Below are positions 62,082 to 64,000 of a stretch of DNA of 64,000 nt, piece by piece (the first letter of the stretch is position 1; the number at the start of each line of letters is the position of its first letter). Origin of the DNA: Acidobacteriota bacterium. GTDB taxonomy: Bacteria > Bacillota > Syntrophomonadia > Syntrophomonadales > DTU052. Below the pieces are notes generated by a model that saw nothing but the letters and a program-made list of their open reading frames with translations, was not told the DNA's origin and made no database searches. The stretch covers positions 11,315-75,314 of the forward strand of contig JBLNAX010000037.1 in NCBI GenBank assembly GCA_050259595.1. Reading direction: 5' to 3'. Made by a program: the position numbers and the translations under genes.

Positions 62082-64000
62082 GACGAGTAGGAGTATTCGT
62101 TTGTGATTGCGGAACCAACATCGCCGCCGCTATTGACACCGCCAAAGTTGCGGTAGCCGCTCAAGAGCTATCCGGTGTGGTATATGCAACCACTTATAAG
62201 TATATGTGCTCCGATCCCGGACAGGAAATGATCAAGAAAGCTACTCAAGAACAACAGCTGGACCGGGTAGTAGTGGCTTCCTGTTCTCCGCGTATGCACG
62301 AAAATACCTTCCGTAAGGCGCTATCGGCAGCAGGACTGAATCCGTATATGTTAGAAATGGTAAATATCAGGGAGCAGGACTCTTGGGTCCACTCCAATGA
62401 TAAGGAAAGTGCGACCCAGAAGGCAGCCGATCTTGTGCGCATGGCAGTGGCCAAAGTCATGAAGAACAAGCCACTGCAAGTTTCCTATATCCCGGTCACC
62501 CGCAAGGCCTTGGTTATCGGGGCGGGAATAGCTGGAATGCAGGCGGCACTGGATATCGCTGATTGTGGATACCAGGTGATCCTTGTCGAGCGCGAACCAA
62601 CTATAGGAGGTAAGATGGTCCAGTTGGATAAGACATTTCCAACGATGGACTGCTCGGCTTGAATAAGCACACCCAAGATGGTTGCTGTGGCACAGCATCC
62701 TAATATTAAACTCTATACCTACTCTGAAGTTGCCGAAGTTACTGGCTTTATAGGCAACTTCAAAGTCAGGATCAAACAAAAGGCAAAATACGTTGATTGG
62801 GATAAATGCACTGGATGTGGTCTCTGTGAGACCAAATGCCCAAGCAAGGTAAATAGTGAGTTTGACTTGAATCTAGGCCAACGGAAGGCTATTTATAAGT
62901 CCTTTCCACAAGCCGTTCCGAATAAACCTGTAATTGATGATGTGAACTGCCGTAAGTTTAAGACCGGCAAATGCGGTATTTGTGATAAGCTCTGCCCGAC
63001 CAAAGCTATTGATTATGAGGACACGGATGCCTTTATTACCGAAGAAGTAGGCGCCATCATAATGGCTACCGGCTTTGACCTCTTTGAATGGGAAGGCGCT
63101 TATGGTGAGTATGGGTATGGCAAATATCCAGACGTCATCAGCAGCCTTCATTTTGAACGGCTAGTCAATGCTTCGGGCCCGACTGGCGGGAAAATAAAAC
63201 GCCCGTCTGATCATAAGATTCCTGACAGTGTAGCCTTTATCAAGTGTGTCGGATCACGTGATGATACTAAAGGCAAGAGTTACTGTTCGCGGGCCTGCTG
63301 TATGTATACCGCTAAGCACGCATATCAGGTCATGGAGAAGATTCCAGATGGCGATGCTTACGTTTTCTATATGGATGTGAGGACCGCCGGTAAAAACTAT
63401 GAGGAATTTTACCAGCGTGCGGTTGAGAAAGGCGCTAAGTACATTCGCGGCCGAGTAAGCAAGATCTACCAGCGTGGTGATCGCCTGGTAGTATGCAGTG
63501 AGGATACACTGCTCGGAACTCCTATCGAAGTCGAAGTCGATATGGTGGTACTGGCTACTGCTATGGTGCCATCGTTGGGAGCAGATGAAATTTCGAAGGT
63601 GGTTGGTTTCTCAACTGATAAGGATGGCTTCTTCCAGGAAGCTCATCCCAAGCTTCAACCCGTGGAAACTTACACCGGCGGCGTATTCCTGGCCGGAGCC
63701 TGCCAGGGACCAAAGGATATCCCGGATACGGTGGCCCAGGCCAGCGCGGCTGCTGTAAAGGTCGTGTCGTTGTTATGTAAACCAGAACTGGCGACAGAAC
63801 CTATGGTTTCTGAAGTAGAGGAGACCAAATGTACCGGTTGTGAATTCTGTGTACCGATTTGCCCGTACAAGGCGATCAGTATGAAGGTTGTTCAAGAAAG
63901 AGGTCATGGCCACACGGTTGAACGTCAAGTGGCATCTGTCAATAACGGATTGTGTCAGGGTTGTGGAGCCTGCATTGCGGCTTGCCGCCCCTGTGCATTG
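62078..64000 (+). CDS. hdrA: Heterodisulfide reductase subunit A-like flavoprotein with in-frame TGA (probable selenocysteine) at 62660-62662; 3' end beyond the window
   Basis: The frame stays open from 62663 to the window end and encodes the HdrA hallmarks: GAGIAG FAD site, FPTMDCSA-TGA-ISTPKM, CTGCGLCETKCP, CVGSRD...YCSRACC and CTGCEFCVPICP. Confidence 0.85.
62680..62700 (+). promoter_or_regulatory. Candidate bacterial SECIS hairpin
   Basis: GGUUGCUG-UGGCA-CAGCAUCC (8 pairs with one U.U). It starts 18 nt after the UGA and has G in the apical loop. Confidence 0.5.

Noticed and set aside
62351-62779. 142-aa minus-strand ORF bridging the hdrA TGA site
   Set aside because: It is antisense to the continuous HdrA reading frame and has no motifs. 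It probably appears prominent only because hdrA is split in the ORF track.

Overview
This 64-kb chromosomal window looks like a Gram-positive anaerobe of the Clostridia/Peptococcaceae type. That placement is inferred from gene content: Sec-type HdrA, copper-amine-oxidase-N-like wall domains, PurS/PurQ/small PurL, HisZ plus short HisG, and frequent TTG/GTG starts with strong GGAGG ribosome-binding sites (RBS). About two thirds is ordinary + strand housekeeping. This comprises degV, hpt-guaA, a complete purEBCSQLFMNHD operon behind a sigma-A promoter and a ykkC-like (subtype-2, probably PRPP-type) riboswitch with a terminator, yerC-hisZGDB-(GNAT)-hisHAFIE, pcrA-ligA and gatCAB. As I recall it, the order pur / yerC / pcrA-ligA / gatCAB matches the classical Bacillus layout, with the his operon attached to yerC. 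Accessory or less ordinary parts:
- 4.2-8.2 kb: small hypotheticals, a pseudo-receiver/zinc-ribbon protein and a DUF421-like protein.
- 28.7-31.4 kb: two tautomerase-superfamily proteins, an ACT protein and zinc-ribbon proteins.
- 40.3-42.7 kb: a homocitrate/Re-citrate-synthase-like gene paired with an isocitrate-type dehydrogenase.
- 42.8-51.6 kb: an unusual alpha-glucan cluster. It holds two stand-alone cytoplasmic CBM25/53-like proteins, a GT4, a Kv-type channel, a nucleotidyltransferase fused to a degenerate PGM/PMM domain, a GalT-like HxHxQ enzyme, glgA and a CBS-pair protein.
- 51.64-51.92 kb: a roughly 250-nt helix-rich non-coding segment between convergent genes.
- 53.5-59.4 kb (minus strand): GAF-HD-GYP, a zinc-ribbon PT-rich membrane protein and a 1004-aa 9xFN3 wall protein.
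- 60.3 kb to the window end: hdrCBA, with HdrA interrupted by an in-frame TGA at a conserved Cys position (probable selenocysteine) and HdrB carrying a roughly 130-aa charged tail.
A short terminal-inverted-repeat (MITE-like) element occurs twice, and one copy is flanked by a duplicated 28-bp terminator hairpin. No rRNA, tRNA, CRISPR array, integrase or transposase, or recognisable defence system was found. All functional calls rest on motif and family recognition by eye, with no database search. The antisense ORFs in the supplied track that lie inside well-supported genes are treated as spurious.
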